Notes: generated from the sequence alone by a model not told the origin. DNA of 64,000 bases from Collinsella sp. (GCA_048187355.1 DBEZDO010000069.1:10456-74455); one strand, 5' to 3'. Shown: positions 40,557-51,269, counted from the first letter of the stretch. Translations and numbers: made by a program.

Positions 40557-42704
40557 ATGGATCTTATCGCCCAGCTCGCCCGCGAGCTCAACCTTAAGGC
40601 TGACAACATCGAGGCAGCCGTCAAGCTCATCGACGAGGGCAACACCATTCCCTTTATCTCGCGCTACCGCAAGGAAGCCACGGGTGGCATGGACGACGTC
40701 GCCCTGCGCGCACTCGACGAGCGCCTGTCCTACCTGCGCAATCTTGAGCAGCGCAAAGAGGACGTCATTCTGCTCATCGACGCCCAGGGCAAGCTCACGC
40801 CCGAACTCGAACAGCAGATTCGCGAGGCCACGCAGCTCCAGCGTGTCGAGGACCTCTACAAGCCCTACCGCAAAAAGCGCATGACCCGCGCGCAAAAGGC
40901 CCGCGAGGCCGGCCTGGAGCCGCTCGCCAACATGGTCATCATGCAGGCATCCGCCAAGGGCAGCGCACTCGACGCCGCCGCGGCATACGTCAACGAGGAG
41001 ACCGGCTTCGACACGCCCGAGAAGGCGCTCGCCGGCGCCGCCGACATCGTGGCCGAGACGGTAGCCGAGGACCCCGAGAACGTCGCCGACCTGCGCGCCT
41101 TTACGCAAAACACCGCCGACATCGTCGTCGAGGCCACCGACCCCGCCGAAAAGACTCCCTACGAGCCGTACTACAGCTATGATGAGCCACTGCGCCGTAT
41201 ACCCAACCACCGCGTGCTGGCTATCGACCGCGGTGAGCGCGAAGGCAAGCTCCGCGTGCGCGTGAACGTCGACGGTGCTGCCGCCACGGCACGCCTCGGC
41301 AGCCGTTGGCCCCGCCGTCAGGGCGTCTTCGCGCCCGTCTTTGACGCCGCCATCGCTGACGGTTACAAGCGCCTCATGGCCCCCTCGCTGGAGCGCGAAG
41401 CCCGCGCCAAGCTCACCGTTCGCGCGCAGACCGAGGCCATCAACGTCTTTGCCAAGAATCTCGAGGGCCTGCTCTCGGCACGCCCCGTGCGCGGCGCCCG
41501 CGTGCTCGCGCTCGATCCGGGCTACCGCACCGGCTGCAAGGTCGCCGTCATGGACGAGACCGGCAAGCTGCTCGACCACGGCGTGGTCTATCCCACCAAG
41601 CCGCGCCACGACGTCGCCGGCACCAAGCGCGAGCTCGCCCGCCTCGTCAAAAAGGACAGCGTCAACACCATCGTCATCGGCAACGGCACCGCCAGCCGCG
41701 AGACCGAGGAAGTCGTCTCGGAGTTCATTGCCGAGCAGGCGCCCAGCCTTCGCTACACCATCGTTAACGAAGCCGGCGCGTCGGTGTACTCCGCCTCCGA
41801 GCTCGCCAGCCAGGAGTATCCCGATCTGGACGTCACCGTGCGTGGCGCCATGAGCCTGGGCCGCCGCCTGCAGGACCCGCTGGCAGAGCTCGTCAAGATT
41901 CCGCCCCAGTCCATCGGCGTGGGCCAGTACCAGCACGACCTTGACCAGGCCGAGCTCTCACGCACCCTGGGCCACGTGGTGGAGGACGTCGTCAACCGCG
42001 TGGGCGTCGACGTAAACACCGCGAGCGCAAGTTTGCTGGGATACGTATCGGGCATTACGCCGAGCGTGGCCAAAAACATCGTGGCCTACCGCGAGGAAAA
42101 CGGCGCCTTTACCGATCGCCGCCAGCTCAAGAAGGTCCCCAAGCTGGGACCCAAGGCATACCTCAACGCCGCGGGTTTCCTGCGCATTAGCGGCGGTAAG
42201 AACCCGCTCGACGCGACGAGCGTCCACCCCGAAAGCTACGAGGTGGCCACGGCCGTCCTAGAACGCGCCGGCGTTAAAACAAGCGAGCTCAGCCGCGGCG
42301 GCGTGCCCGACATCGAGCGCCGCCTGGGCAGCATCTCGGCGCTGGCAAGCGACCTGAACTGCGGCACCCTCACGCTCATCGACATCGTCAACGAGCTCAA
42401 GAAGCCCGGCCGCGACCCGCGCGACGACGCACCCGAGGTGGTCTTTAGCCGCTCGGCGCTTTCCATCGACGACCTGGAACCCGGCATGGAGCTCAAGGGC
42501 ACGGTGCGCAACGTCGTCGACTTTGGCGCCTTCGTCGACGTGGGCGTGCACCAGGACGGCCTCGTGCACATCTCCAAACTGGCCAACCGCTTTGTCAAGC
42601 ACCCCAGCGACGTGGTGCGCGTCGGTGACACGGTCAAGGTGTGGGTCGAAAAGGTCGATCGCGACCGCAAGAAGATCTCGCTCACCATGGTGCAGGGCAA
42701 GTAA
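40557..42704 (+). CDS. tex: Tex family RNA-binding transcriptional accessory protein
   Basis: EGNTIPFISRYRKEATG, DPGYRTGCK, IGVGQYQHD and a C-terminal S1 domain. Confidence 0.95.
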   Translation: MDLIAQLARELNLKADNIEAAVKLIDEGNTIPFISRYRKEATGGMDDVALRALDERLSYLRNLEQRKEDVILLIDAQGKLTPELEQQIREATQLQRVEDLYKPYRKKRMTRAQKAREAGLEPLANMVIMQASAKGSALDAAAAYVNEETGFDTPEKALAGAADIVAETVAEDPENVADLRAFTQNTADIVVEATDPAEKTPYEPYYSYDEPLRRIPNHRVLAIDRGEREGKLRVRVNVDGAAATARLGSRWPRRQGVFAPVFDAAIADGYKRLMAPSLEREARAKLTVRAQTEAINVFAKNLEGLLSARPVRGARVLALDPGYRTGCKVAVMDETGKLLDHGVVYPTKPRHDVAGTKRELARLVKKDSVNTIVIGNGTASRETEEVVSEFIAEQAPSLRYTIVNEAGASVYSASELASQEYPDLDVTVRGAMSLGRRLQDPLAELVKIPPQSIGVGQYQHDLDQAELSRTLGHVVEDVVNRVGVDVNTASASLLGYVSGITPSVAKNIVAYREENGAFTDRRQLKKVPKLGPKAYLNAAGFLRISGGKNPLDATSVHPESYEVATAVLERAGVKTSELSRGGVPDIERRLGSISALASDLNCGTLTLIDIVNELKKPGRDPRDDAPEVVFSRSALSIDDLEPGMELKGTVRNVVDFGAFVDVGVHQDGLVHISKLANRFVKHPSDVVRVGDTVKVWVEKVDRDRKKISLTMVQGK

Positions 42705-42803
42705 ACCGCCAAAGCAAAGGTACCCCCTGTAGCGATGTGCAAAATCGCGAGTATTCTGCAAATTCCACCGTTCCGGGTGCCCCTCAGAGACGAAAAAGCA
42801 AAA

Positions 42804-42848
42804 AACAGCCCCCGTTTTAGCGTCGTCAGAGCCAAAACGGGGGCCGTT
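42804..42848. terminator. Hairpin between the convergent tex and tal genes
   Basis: AACAGCCCCCGTTTT...AAAACGGGGGCCGTT preceded by A runs. Confidence 0.65.
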
Positions 42849-42929
42849 CCATGCTTCGGTTAACTGATAAAGACCTTTACCTTGCTGAATACTCTCAATT
42901 TTGCACGGCGCAGGCGGGGGTACCCTTGC

Positions 42930-43634
42930 TTACGGCAGGATATGGAAACCGAGCGCCGCGATATCCTTGGCAAAGCCGCGGACGGTGTCGAGCGAGACCT
43001 CGTACGGGTCGCGACCGATGTTCTTGCGCTTGGCCAGGATGCTGTTGGGCACCGTAATGATCTGGCAACCGCAGGCTTCTGCCTGGTAAATGTTGATGAG
43101 CTCGCGCGTGGACGCCCACAGGACCTCACAGTTGGGCTTTGCGGCGGCCTTCTTGACCGACTCCGTCATAAACGGAATGGGGTCGACGCCGGTGTCGGCG
43201 ATGCGGCCGGCAAAGAGCGAGATGATGGACGGCGTCTCGGTGTCAACGGCCTCGACCATCTCGTCAACCTGCTTAGGCGTAAAGATGGTGGTGACGTTGA
43301 CCTTGATGCCGTCGGCCGAAAGCTTGCGCACCAGCTCGGCGGTGGACTCGCCCTTGGTGGTCACGCACGGAATCTTGACGTAGACGTTCTCGGCCCAGGT
43401 AGCGATCTCGCGCGCCTCGACCTCCATGGTCTCGACGTCGTCGGCAAAGACCTCAAACGAGACGGACACATCGGTGATGTGGGTCAAGACCTCTTTGGCA
43501 AACGCACGGTAATCCGTCACGCCGCCCTTCTTCATAAGGGACGGGTTGGTCGTGAAACCCTGAACGTTGCCGTTCTCGTACATGTCGAGCATGCCCTCGA
43601 GGTTTGCACCGTCAGCGAACACCTTGATTGCCAT
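42930..43634 (-). CDS. tal: Transaldolase / fructose-6-phosphate aldolase family
   Basis: FADGA, GFTTNPSL, VYVKIP, VNVT, FAGRIAD and LWASTRE motifs. Confidence 0.88.
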   Translation of the reverse strand: MAIKVFADGANLEGMLDMYENGNVQGFTTNPSLMKKGGVTDYRAFAKEVLTHITDVSVSFEVFADDVETMEVEAREIATWAENVYVKIPCVTTKGESTAELVRKLSADGIKVNVTTIFTPKQVDEMVEAVDTETPSIISLFAGRIADTGVDPIPFMTESVKKAAAKPNCEVLWASTRELINIYQAEACGCQIITVPNSILAKRKNIGRDPYEVSLDTVRGFAKDIAALGFHILP

Positions 43635-43827
43635 CTGCCTGATTCCTTTCGTTAGCATACGGCCGATAAACTGCTAAACACTTTACCTACGTTTATCAAG
43701 GCGTGAGCTGCGGTTTTTTATCTTCTCGGCGAACGGTATAAACACCTCAGTGTTTGGATTGATAAATCGATTGCGCATGCAAAAGCAAAGAGTCACAGTT
43801 TGAGCAAACGTCAGAACGCGGGATTCA

Positions 43828-44655
43828 TTAGATGAGGCCGAAATGCTGCATCGCTGTGACGGTACCGTCGTGTGCGACATCGTCGGTCACGTAGTCGGCG
43901 ACCGCCTTGACCTCGGGCATAGCGTTGCCCATGGCCACGGCTGTCTCGACGGCGGCGAGCATGCCCAGGTCGTTGCCCGAATCGCCAAAGCCAAAGGTGC
44001 GCGCATTTCCCTCGCGGCCCAGATACGCCAGCGCTCGCGCCACGCCCACGCCCTTGTCGATGCCCTTGGGGCTCAGCTCGCGATTCTGGCCACCGGTGTT
44101 GCACAGCTCAAACTCGCGATCGATAAAGCCATCATCGTTGGCTACGCGAGCCAAACTGGGCACATTGAGGCACACCTTGCCTACGCGCAGACGGCCGTCG
44201 ACGCGCATCTCCTCGGTGCTGTGCACCACAGAAGTGCCGATCAGAGACGACTGCTCAACACCCGCGGGTTCCAGGGCAAAAGTAGCCACGTTGGTCTCGA
44301 AAAAGGCCTCAATCCCTGCCGCGGCCATACGGCGCGCGAGCTCCGCGATAACGTGCTCGTCAAAGCAGTCCTCATGCACCACGCGGCCCTCGACCTCGAG
44401 CGTCGCTCCCGCCATGGCAACGACGCCCGCGGGGTCGAGCGCGCGCAGGCCATCGGCAATCAGCCACAAGGGACGACCCGTGCAGATAAATGCATGGTGT
44501 CCCGCGTCGCGCAGACGATGAAACGCCTCGACGACCGCCTGCGAGGGGTGAACCGCCGAAAAGTCCTTGTCGGTCATGTTGTCGGGATCGAACGACGTCA
44601 GCGTGCCGTCCACGTCAAAAAAGAGCACGGCGGAATCGGGGCACGCATCAATCAT
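43828..44655 (-). CDS. Cof-type HAD-IIB hydrolase
   Basis: FDVDGTL, CTGR, DKG, FGDSGND and AMGNA motifs. Confidence 0.92.
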   Translation of the reverse strand: MIDACPDSAVLFFDVDGTLTSFDPDNMTDKDFSAVHPSQAVVEAFHRLRDAGHHAFICTGRPLWLIADGLRALDPAGVVAMAGATLEVEGRVVHEDCFDEHVIAELARRMAAAGIEAFFETNVATFALEPAGVEQSSLIGTSVVHSTEEMRVDGRLRVGKVCLNVPSLARVANDDGFIDREFELCNTGGQNRELSPKGIDKGVGVARALAYLGREGNARTFGFGDSGNDLGMLAAVETAVAMGNAMPEVKAVADYVTDDVAHDGTVTAMQHFGLI

Positions 44656-44730
44656 ATGGGTTCCTTTCGGGGGCGAGAGTAAACGAAGTATCCATCATAT
44701 AATGGAGCGACGCAACCAGAGAGGTCACCC

Positions 44731-47262
44731 ATGGAATTTTACGCAAGCTGCCCCGAGGGCTTTGAGTCCGCACTCGCCGATGAGCTTAAACGCCTCGGGC
44801 TTTCGCATGTTCGCCGGCTGAAGGGCCGCGCTACATTTGAGGGCGAGCTCGAAGAAGGCTACCGCGCCTGTCTGTGGTCGCGCCTGGCGAGCCGTGTGTT
44901 CGTGGTACTCGGGCGCTTTGAGGCGCAGGATGCCGATGAACTGTACGATAGCGTTTACGACATCGCCTGGGAGACCATCATCCGCCCCGGCGCCACCATC
45001 GCCATCACCGCCCGCGGCGTGACCGAGCAGCTGCGCAACACGCGCTTCTCGGCCCTGCGCGCCAAAGACGCGCTGTGCGACCGTCTGGCCGAGACCACGG
45101 GCCGTCGCGCCGACGTCGATGCCGCCGACCCCGATGTTCACCTGTTGCTTTCGCTGCGTCAGCGCCGCGCGAGCATCAGCCTGGACCTTTCGGGCGACCC
45201 GCTGTTCAAGCGTCTGCCGCCCGCTGCGACTCGTGCCGGCGAGGGCGCACACGTGTTGCGCCCCGACTACGCCGCCCTGGTGCTGGCGCAGGTCGGCTGG
45301 ACCGCACTATGCGAGCGCGAGCTGACGGCCGACGATTACGAAAACGAAGCCCTTCCCACGCTGATCGATGCCTCGTGCGCCGGCGGCGGTCTGCTGCTGG
45401 AGGCCGTGAACATTCTGACCGACCGCGCCCCGGGCGCCGCACGCGAGCGCTGGGGCTTTGAGGGCTGGCAGCTGCACGACGCTGTCCTGTGGGAGCAGCT
45501 GCTTGCCGAGGCGCGCGAGCGCGAGGCGGCAGCGCGCGAGCGCCAGGCGCGCATCGTGGCCGTAGACATCGACCCCGCCGCCCGCAAGACTGCCGAGCGC
45601 ATGGTCAAGTGCGCCGGCTACAAGCGTTTTGTCGACTTTTGTGCCGCCAAGCCCGCCACCGTGCTGGACCATGCGGGCGCCGTCGCCGGTGCCGCCCTGG
45701 TCGCGGACACGACCGAGACCCCGCTTTCGCTCATGCACGATGCCATGACGCTCATCGGCGAGCTGCGCTGCGCCCCCGAGCTCGCTTCGGCGCCGGTCGC
45801 CGCTCTCACCCGCGACGGCTTGCTGGCCCGCGCGCTCCACGCCGAGCCCGAGCGCTCGATCGCCGTCATGCCCAATAACGAGGAGGCGGCTCTTGAGGTT
45901 TGGCCCTCACTCGACCACGCCGCTGCAGCGTTTGAGGCTGCGACCAGCGCGGATGCCGAGGCCGAGGTTGCGGATGCCAACGAAGCCAACGACGAAGCCG
46001 CCGCTTCCTCCATGCCCGAACCTGCCGCCACGCTCGACTTGGGCGACGGCAAGCCGCTGCCCGTGCTCATCCCGGAGTCCGAGCAGTTCGCCAACCGCCT
46101 GCGCAAGAATGCCCGTCTGCGCCGCAAGTGGGCCAAGCGCGAGGGCGTGAGCTGCTATCGCGTCTACGATGCCGACCTGCCCGACTACTCCGCTGCCATC
46201 GACCTGTACGAGGGTTGCCCGCAGACGCCGGGCCGCTGGCTCGTCATCGCCGAATACGCCGCGCCCAAGACCATCGACCCCGCGCTGGCCCAGGCCCGCA
46301 TGCTCGACATCTTGGCCATCGCGCCGCGCATCCTTGATGTTCCGGCCGAGCATGTGCACGCCAAGGCCCGCATGCGTTCGCGTGGCGGCTCGCAGTACGG
46401 CAAGCAGGGCGCCGGCAAGGGCGGATCGGGCGAGCGCGCCAACATCGCGCGCCGGCGTCTGCCGCTCATCGAAGAAGGCGGGCTCACCTTTGCCGTCAAC
46501 TTTGACGACTACCTGGATGTGGGCATCTTCCTGGATCATCGCGTCACGCGCAACCTGGTGCGCGAGCACGCCAAGCAGGCGCGCCGCTTCCTCAACCTGT
46601 TTGCCTACACCGGCACTGCCACCTGCTACGCGGCCGATGGCGGCGTCGAGGAGACCGTGACGGTCGACCTTTCCAACACCTACCTGGACTGGGCCGAGCG
46701 CAATATGCGCCAGAACGGCTTTGTTGGTCCGCAGCATCATTTTGTGCGCGACGACGTGCTCGCCTGGATTCGCGACCAGCGCCAGACGCGCAACCGCTGG
46801 GACTTGATCTTTGTCGACCCGCCCACGTTCTCGAACTCGTCCAAGATGGGCCGCCGCACCTGGGATGTCCAGCGCGACCATGTTGAGCTTTTGGCCGGCG
46901 TATCGCGCCTGCTCGCACAGGGCGGCCACGCCATCTTTAGCTGCAACCTGCGCGGCTTCCGCCCCGAGACACGCAAGCTCGCGCGCGCGGGCGTGGTGCT
47001 GGAGGACATTACGGCGCAGACCATCCCCGAGGATTTCGCACGCAACCAGAAGGTGCACCACTGCTATATCGTGCGCCGCCTGCCCATTGAGGACGCCATG
47101 GCCGAGGTCGGCTTTAGCGCCGAGGAGATTGCCGAGCGAACCGAGGAGCTGCGCAACCCCGAGGCCCGTAAGCCTCGCGCGGCAGTGCCCGCGCACGCGC
47201 AGGCCGGCAACGGCAAGCCTAAAAAGAAGAAGTTCTACGCCAGCAAGCCCAAAGGCAAATAA
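44731..47262 (+). CDS. rlmKL: Bifunctional 23S rRNA methyltransferase RlmK/RlmL
   Basis: WSRLASRV and THUMP region; YRVYDADLP, GIFLDHR, LNLFAYTG and DPPTFSNS. Confidence 0.9.
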   Translation: MEFYASCPEGFESALADELKRLGLSHVRRLKGRATFEGELEEGYRACLWSRLASRVFVVLGRFEAQDADELYDSVYDIAWETIIRPGATIAITARGVTEQLRNTRFSALRAKDALCDRLAETTGRRADVDAADPDVHLLLSLRQRRASISLDLSGDPLFKRLPPAATRAGEGAHVLRPDYAALVLAQVGWTALCERELTADDYENEALPTLIDASCAGGGLLLEAVNILTDRAPGAARERWGFEGWQLHDAVLWEQLLAEAREREAAARERQARIVAVDIDPAARKTAERMVKCAGYKRFVDFCAAKPATVLDHAGAVAGAALVADTTETPLSLMHDAMTLIGELRCAPELASAPVAALTRDGLLARALHAEPERSIAVMPNNEEAALEVWPSLDHAAAAFEAATSADAEAEVADANEANDEAAASSMPEPAATLDLGDGKPLPVLIPESEQFANRLRKNARLRRKWAKREGVSCYRVYDADLPDYSAAIDLYEGCPQTPGRWLVIAEYAAPKTIDPALAQARMLDILAIAPRILDVPAEHVHAKARMRSRGGSQYGKQGAGKGGSGERANIARRRLPLIEEGGLTFAVNFDDYLDVGIFLDHRVTRNLVREHAKQARRFLNLFAYTGTATCYAADGGVEETVTVDLSNTYLDWAERNMRQNGFVGPQHHFVRDDVLAWIRDQRQTRNRWDLIFVDPPTFSNSSKMGRRTWDVQRDHVELLAGVSRLLAQGGHAIFSCNLRGFRPETRKLARAGVVLEDITAQTIPEDFARNQKVHHCYIVRRLPIEDAMAEVGFSAEEIAERTEELRNPEARKPRAAVPAHAQAGNGKPKKKKFYASKPKGK

Positions 47263-47265
47263 CAA

Positions 47266-47332
47266 AGTTGCGGTGGAATACGGACTGTTTTGCCTGGAAT
47301 TAGGCAAATATAGACCGTATTTCACCGCAACT
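47266..47332. terminator. Long imperfect hairpin between the convergent rlmKL and kdpE genes
   Basis: AGTTGCGGTGGAATACGG...CCGTATTTCACCGCAACT. Confidence 0.6.
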
Positions 47333-47356
47333 CATAGTGGGATGGTGGCCGGCGAT

Positions 47357-48070
47357 CTAGCCTTGGGTGACCAATCGGTAACCGATACCCACATGCGTTT
47401 GAATATAGCGCGGATGCGCGGGATCGGACTCGATCTTCTTGCGCAGCGTGCCCATAAAGACACGCAGGCTCGCCAGGTCGCTCTTAGTTGCCGTGCCCCA
47501 AATCTCGTGCAGGATAAACTGGTGCGTCAGCACTTTGTCGGCGTTGTGTGCCAGCAGGCACAGGAGCTTATACTCGATCGGCGTCAGATGCAGTTCCTCG
47601 CCATCCATCGTGGCGATGCCGGCATCAAAATCGATATGCAGCTCACCGGTATCGAACGAGCCCTCGGAGGCAACACCGCCCGTTTGCGCATACGAAAGGC
47701 GCCTGAGCGTCGTGCGAATACGCGCGAGCAGCTCCTCGACCGAAAACGGCTTGGTCAGATAGTCGTCAGCACCGGCATCGAGCGCGCGGATTTTGTCCGC
47801 ATCCTCGCTGCGCGCCGAGACCACGATAATCGGCATGCCCGACCATGCGCGCACCGACTCCACCACCTTGACGCCGTCCATATCGGGCAGGCCCAGATCG
47901 AGCAGCACAATGCTCGGCGTCTGCGACGAGGCGGCGGCGATGGCGGCATGGGCGGTCTCCACGGCCATATGGCGCAAGCCGTGCGCCTCGAGCGCAGCAA
48001 CAATAAGATTGCGAACGGCAGGGTCGTCCTCAACGACCAAGATGAGCGGTTTTACGGCAGAGTTCGGCAC
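47357..48070 (-). CDS. kdpE: KdpE-type OmpR family response regulator
   Basis: VEDD, LDLGLPDMDG, GADDYLTKPF, LTPIEYKLL and LRKKIE.DPAHPRYIQT. Confidence 0.88.
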   Translation of the reverse strand: MPNSAVKPLILVVEDDPAVRNLIVAALEAHGLRHMAVETAHAAIAAASSQTPSIVLLDLGLPDMDGVKVVESVRAWSGMPIIVVSARSEDADKIRALDAGADDYLTKPFSVEELLARIRTTLRRLSYAQTGGVASEGSFDTGELHIDFDAGIATMDGEELHLTPIEYKLLCLLAHNADKVLTHQFILHEIWGTATKSDLASLRVFMGTLRKKIESDPAHPRYIQTHVGIGYRLVTQG

Positions 48071-48074
48071 GGCG

Positions 48075-49700
48075 CTACTCCTTATCAAACGAAACGTCGG
48101 CGGCAGGAAGCTCAATCGTAAAGACCGAGCCGTGCGGGTCCGCCGCGGCAACCTCTATGCTACCGCCATGCGCCAGCGCAATGGAGCGGCAGAGCGAAAG
48201 ACCCAGGCCCACGCTGCGGTGACTGTCAGCCAGACCGTGGTTGGCGGTGTAGAACGACTCAAAGATCCGCTCGCGGTCCTCGGGTGCGATGCCCGGACCA
48301 TCATCGACCACCGAGCACGCCACGCGTCCATCGTCGACGCTAATCGAAATCATGATATGCGAGCCTGTGGGCGTATAGGTGATGGCGTTGTTCACCAGAT
48401 TGACCACCAGCTGCACCATCAGGCGTGCATCGACGTTGACGAGCGCCGGCTCATCGCACGCCACCACCTTAAGGTCGTGCTCGCGCACGGCAGGGTTCAC
48501 GTGGCGCAGCGCCTCCTCGACGATATCGTCCATGAGCTCGAGCGTGGTCGACAGGTGCATGCCGCCGCCCTCGAGCTTGGTGATGGCGAGCAGGTTCTCG
48601 ACGGTGGCGTTGAGCCACAGCGCATCCGAGCGAATGGATAGAAGAAGGCCACGGCGCGTCTGGGCATCGAGAACCGCGGTGCCGGTCGAGCCCTGATCGA
48701 GCAGCACGTCGGCATTACCCGAAATACTGGTAAGCGGTGTGCGCAGATCGTGCGAGATGGAGCGCAGCAGGTTGGCGCGCAGCTGTTCGTTTTTGGCGAG
48801 CACCGCCGCCTCCTCGCGGGCCTCCATAGCGCGGGCGCGATCGAGTGCCAGCTCGCCTTCGCTCACGATGGCATCGGCAAGTGTTCGCTCCTCGTGCGTC
48901 AGCACGTCGGGCTCGGCAACGATAGCCAGCACGCCCACCACCGAGGCGGGGTCGCCCGAGCGCGCGAAGCCGTCGCCCGTGCGAACCGTCAGGTAGATGC
49001 CATAAAACGCCGAGCCGCCATAGGTGGCATCGAGTGGCGTTCCCACATAGGCGGACGCCGAGAGCCGCGGCGGCATCTGCGGCGCCAGTTCGTGCACCGG
49101 TGCCGCATCGCCCACAGCTGTGTACGTCGCACGCGGCAGCAGGTCATCGCCCTCGGCGTCGGCGCTGTACCACACGACCGGACAGCCCGAAAGACGCGCC
49201 AGCTGCGTTGCCATGGCATGGACAATCTGCTGCTGATCGGCGCACCGCTGCAGCATGCGGTTGGTCTCGAGCACCATATGCGTGCGACGGTCGCTGGCGG
49301 CAGCTTGTGCCAAGGCGCGGCGCAGGGCCAACGCAATCGAGCTCGACACAAGCGAGACCACAAACATGATGAAGAACATGCCGGGATAGCCGCGGTCGAT
49401 AAGCGACAGCGAGTAGCGCGGGTCGACAAACAAGAAGTTGTAGAGCGCCACGGCAGCAGCCGAGCTCAGCAAGCAATACAGGCGACTCCAGGTAAAGAAT
49501 GCGCACAGCTGAACGGCGAACACATAGACGATCATGATGCTCGGCGCGAGACCCGGATGGTCGAGCAGCGCGCCCACAATCGTCGCCGCGACCAGCAGCC
49601 CCACCGATACGCAGGCGTCATACAGAGGAGTGCGGCGCGCCAGCGTTGTGCGCCGCCACCAAAAGTTATCGGCAATATCGCCGTCCGTACGGACGTCCAT
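48075..49700 (-). CDS. kdpD: KdpD-like sensor histidine kinase, short form
   Basis: Four-TM DUF4118-like region (YNFLFVDPRYSL), EQLRANLLRSISHDLRTPL and GLGLSLC. Confidence 0.82.
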   Translation of the reverse strand: MDVRTDGDIADNFWWRRTTLARRTPLYDACVSVGLLVAATIVGALLDHPGLAPSIMIVYVFAVQLCAFFTWSRLYCLLSSAAAVALYNFLFVDPRYSLSLIDRGYPGMFFIMFVVSLVSSSIALALRRALAQAAASDRRTHMVLETNRMLQRCADQQQIVHAMATQLARLSGCPVVWYSADAEGDDLLPRATYTAVGDAAPVHELAPQMPPRLSASAYVGTPLDATYGGSAFYGIYLTVRTGDGFARSGDPASVVGVLAIVAEPDVLTHEERTLADAIVSEGELALDRARAMEAREEAAVLAKNEQLRANLLRSISHDLRTPLTSISGNADVLLDQGSTGTAVLDAQTRRGLLLSIRSDALWLNATVENLLAITKLEGGGMHLSTTLELMDDIVEEALRHVNPAVREHDLKVVACDEPALVNVDARLMVQLVVNLVNNAITYTPTGSHIMISISVDDGRVACSVVDDGPGIAPEDRERIFESFYTANHGLADSHRSVGLGLSLCRSIALAHGGSIEVAAADPHGSVFTIELPAADVSFDKE

Positions 49701-49787
49701 CAGCGCCCCGCTCCTCTCTCAAAAACAAAAACCACCACAAAGGGACAGGTGAACTGCGCCCCGAAACTTGGACTGAATAAATAGCGA

Positions 49788-50700
49788 CTACGCCGCAAGG
49801 GCCTGGTTCCGGAACTCCTCCGGCGTCAGGCCCTTCAATCTTACCTGCCTGCGCCGCGCGTTCCAATGGGCTATGTACTCTTCCAGGTCGCGCTTGAAGT
49901 CCCCGAAGCTGCCCCACTCCCTGCCGCGGTAGAACTCGTCCTTCACGTGGCCGAAGAGCTGCTCGGTGGCGGCGTTGTCGATGCAGTTCCCCTTGCGCGA
50001 CATGCTCTGGGTGATGCCCGCCCCCTCCAGCCTGGAGGTGTAGGACTCGTGCTGGTACTGCCAGCCCATGTCCGAGTGCATGGTCGGCGCCGCCCCGTCG
50101 GGCAGGGCCTCGAGGAGCCGGTCGAGCATCCTGTGCTGCTGGGCGAGGTCCGGTGAGGTCGATATGTCGCTCGCCACGATCTCCTTCGTGCAGAAGTCGA
50201 GCACCGGGGCCCAGTAGGCCTTGGCGCCGGCCACCTTGAACTCGGTGACGTCGGTGCCGAGCTTCTGCCACGGCCCCTCGGCGCCGAAGTCCCTCGCGAT
50301 GACGTTCTCGAACGTGCTCCCCACGAGCCCCCTGTAGGAGCTGTACCGGCGACGAGAGCCCCGGCGGCGTATCCCGCACCGGATGCCCATCTCGCGCATC
50401 ATCTTGAGCACGGTCTTGTCGGCCACGACCGCGCCCAGCTCGGCGCGCAGGCACATGGCTATCTGCCGGTGCCCGCAGCCGTTGGCGGTGCGCGAGAATA
50501 TCTCGGCCGCGGCGTCGCGCAGCTCGGGCCTGGTCGGCCTCCGCGGGTGCGCCAGCGCGTAGTAGTAGGTCGACCTCCTGAGCCCCGAGCACTCCAGCAG
50601 GTGGCGCAGGGAGTGCCCCTCCGCGCGCAGCGCCCTCACCGCCTCGGCCGCCGCCCTGGTCAGAGCCCGTCCCGCTCGACCAGGGCGCGCAATTTTTTTA
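49788..50700 (-). CDS. IS3 OrfB (DDE transposase domain), expressed by -1 frameshift
   Basis: TDVTEF, HSDMGWQY and SRKGNCIDNAATE motifs; A7 slippery run at 50693-50699. Confidence 0.9.
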
Positions 50701-51157
50701 GGTAGGCGACCTCGGCCTCGAGCCTGCGGCAGCGCTCCTCGAGCTCCTGCTCGCGGGTGCGGGCCCGGGGTTTCGACCTCGACCCCCTCGGCCTGCCCTT
50801 CGGGCGGGGCCGCAGCGCCTCGGCGCCGCCCTCGCGGTAGAGCCTGCACCAGCGCTCCAGCGGGGACTTCGACCTGATCCCGAACTCGGCCATGGCGTCG
50901 GCCTTCGCCATCCCGCCGTCGACCACGGCCGACGCCGCGGCGACCCTCTGCTCGAATGTGTAACTGGATTGTTTCCCGCCCATGGACAGCAGCGCCTCGC
51001 TTCCGAACGCCCGGTATACCCACTGCCATTCTCTCACGGTCTCGCGGGGGACGGACAGGGCCTCGGCCGCCGGCTTGCAGCCGACGCCGGCGTCGAAGAG
51101 CTCGACGGCCCGCCTCCTGGACTCCAGGTCGTGCTTCACCCTGAGGTCTATACTCAT
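50660..51157 (-). CDS. IS3 OrfA (HTH)
   Basis: Two HTH repeats and an LEAEVAYLKKL end; GGGAGG RBS. Confidence 0.9.
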   Translation of the reverse strand: MSIDLRVKHDLESRRRAVELFDAGVGCKPAAEALSVPRETVREWQWVYRAFGSEALLSMGGKQSSYTFEQRVAAASAVVDGGMAKADAMAEFGIRSKSPLERWCRLYREGGAEALRPRPKGRPRGSRSKPRARTREQELEERCRRLEAEVAYLKKLRALVERDGL

Positions 51158-51269
51158 GGAAAACCTCCCATTTCCCGATGTCCAAGAAATGGGAGGCAGT
51201 TCACAGGCACCTTTGTGGTGGTTTCCCTTGTGGTGGTTCCAAGTGTATAGCCTTTGCAACCGGCGGTCG

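Larger units (their letters stand above)
49750..51203 (-). mobile_element. IS3-family (IS150-group-like) insertion sequence, 1454 bp
   Basis: Imperfect 24-bp terminal repeats TGAACTGC..CTTGGAC; CAGG duplication at 49746-49749 and 51204-51207; orfA and orfB. Confidence 0.95.

Noticed and set aside
48075..49750. KdpD truncated by the IS
   Set aside because: The IS sits in an intergenic palindrome, kdpD has its own GAGGAG RBS, and no KdpD N-terminal coding sequence lies across the IS.
49788..51185. 465-aa ORF as the native transposase
   Set aside because: Its N-terminal part is the off-frame reading of orfA; the A7 motif indicates a standard OrfAB frameshift product.
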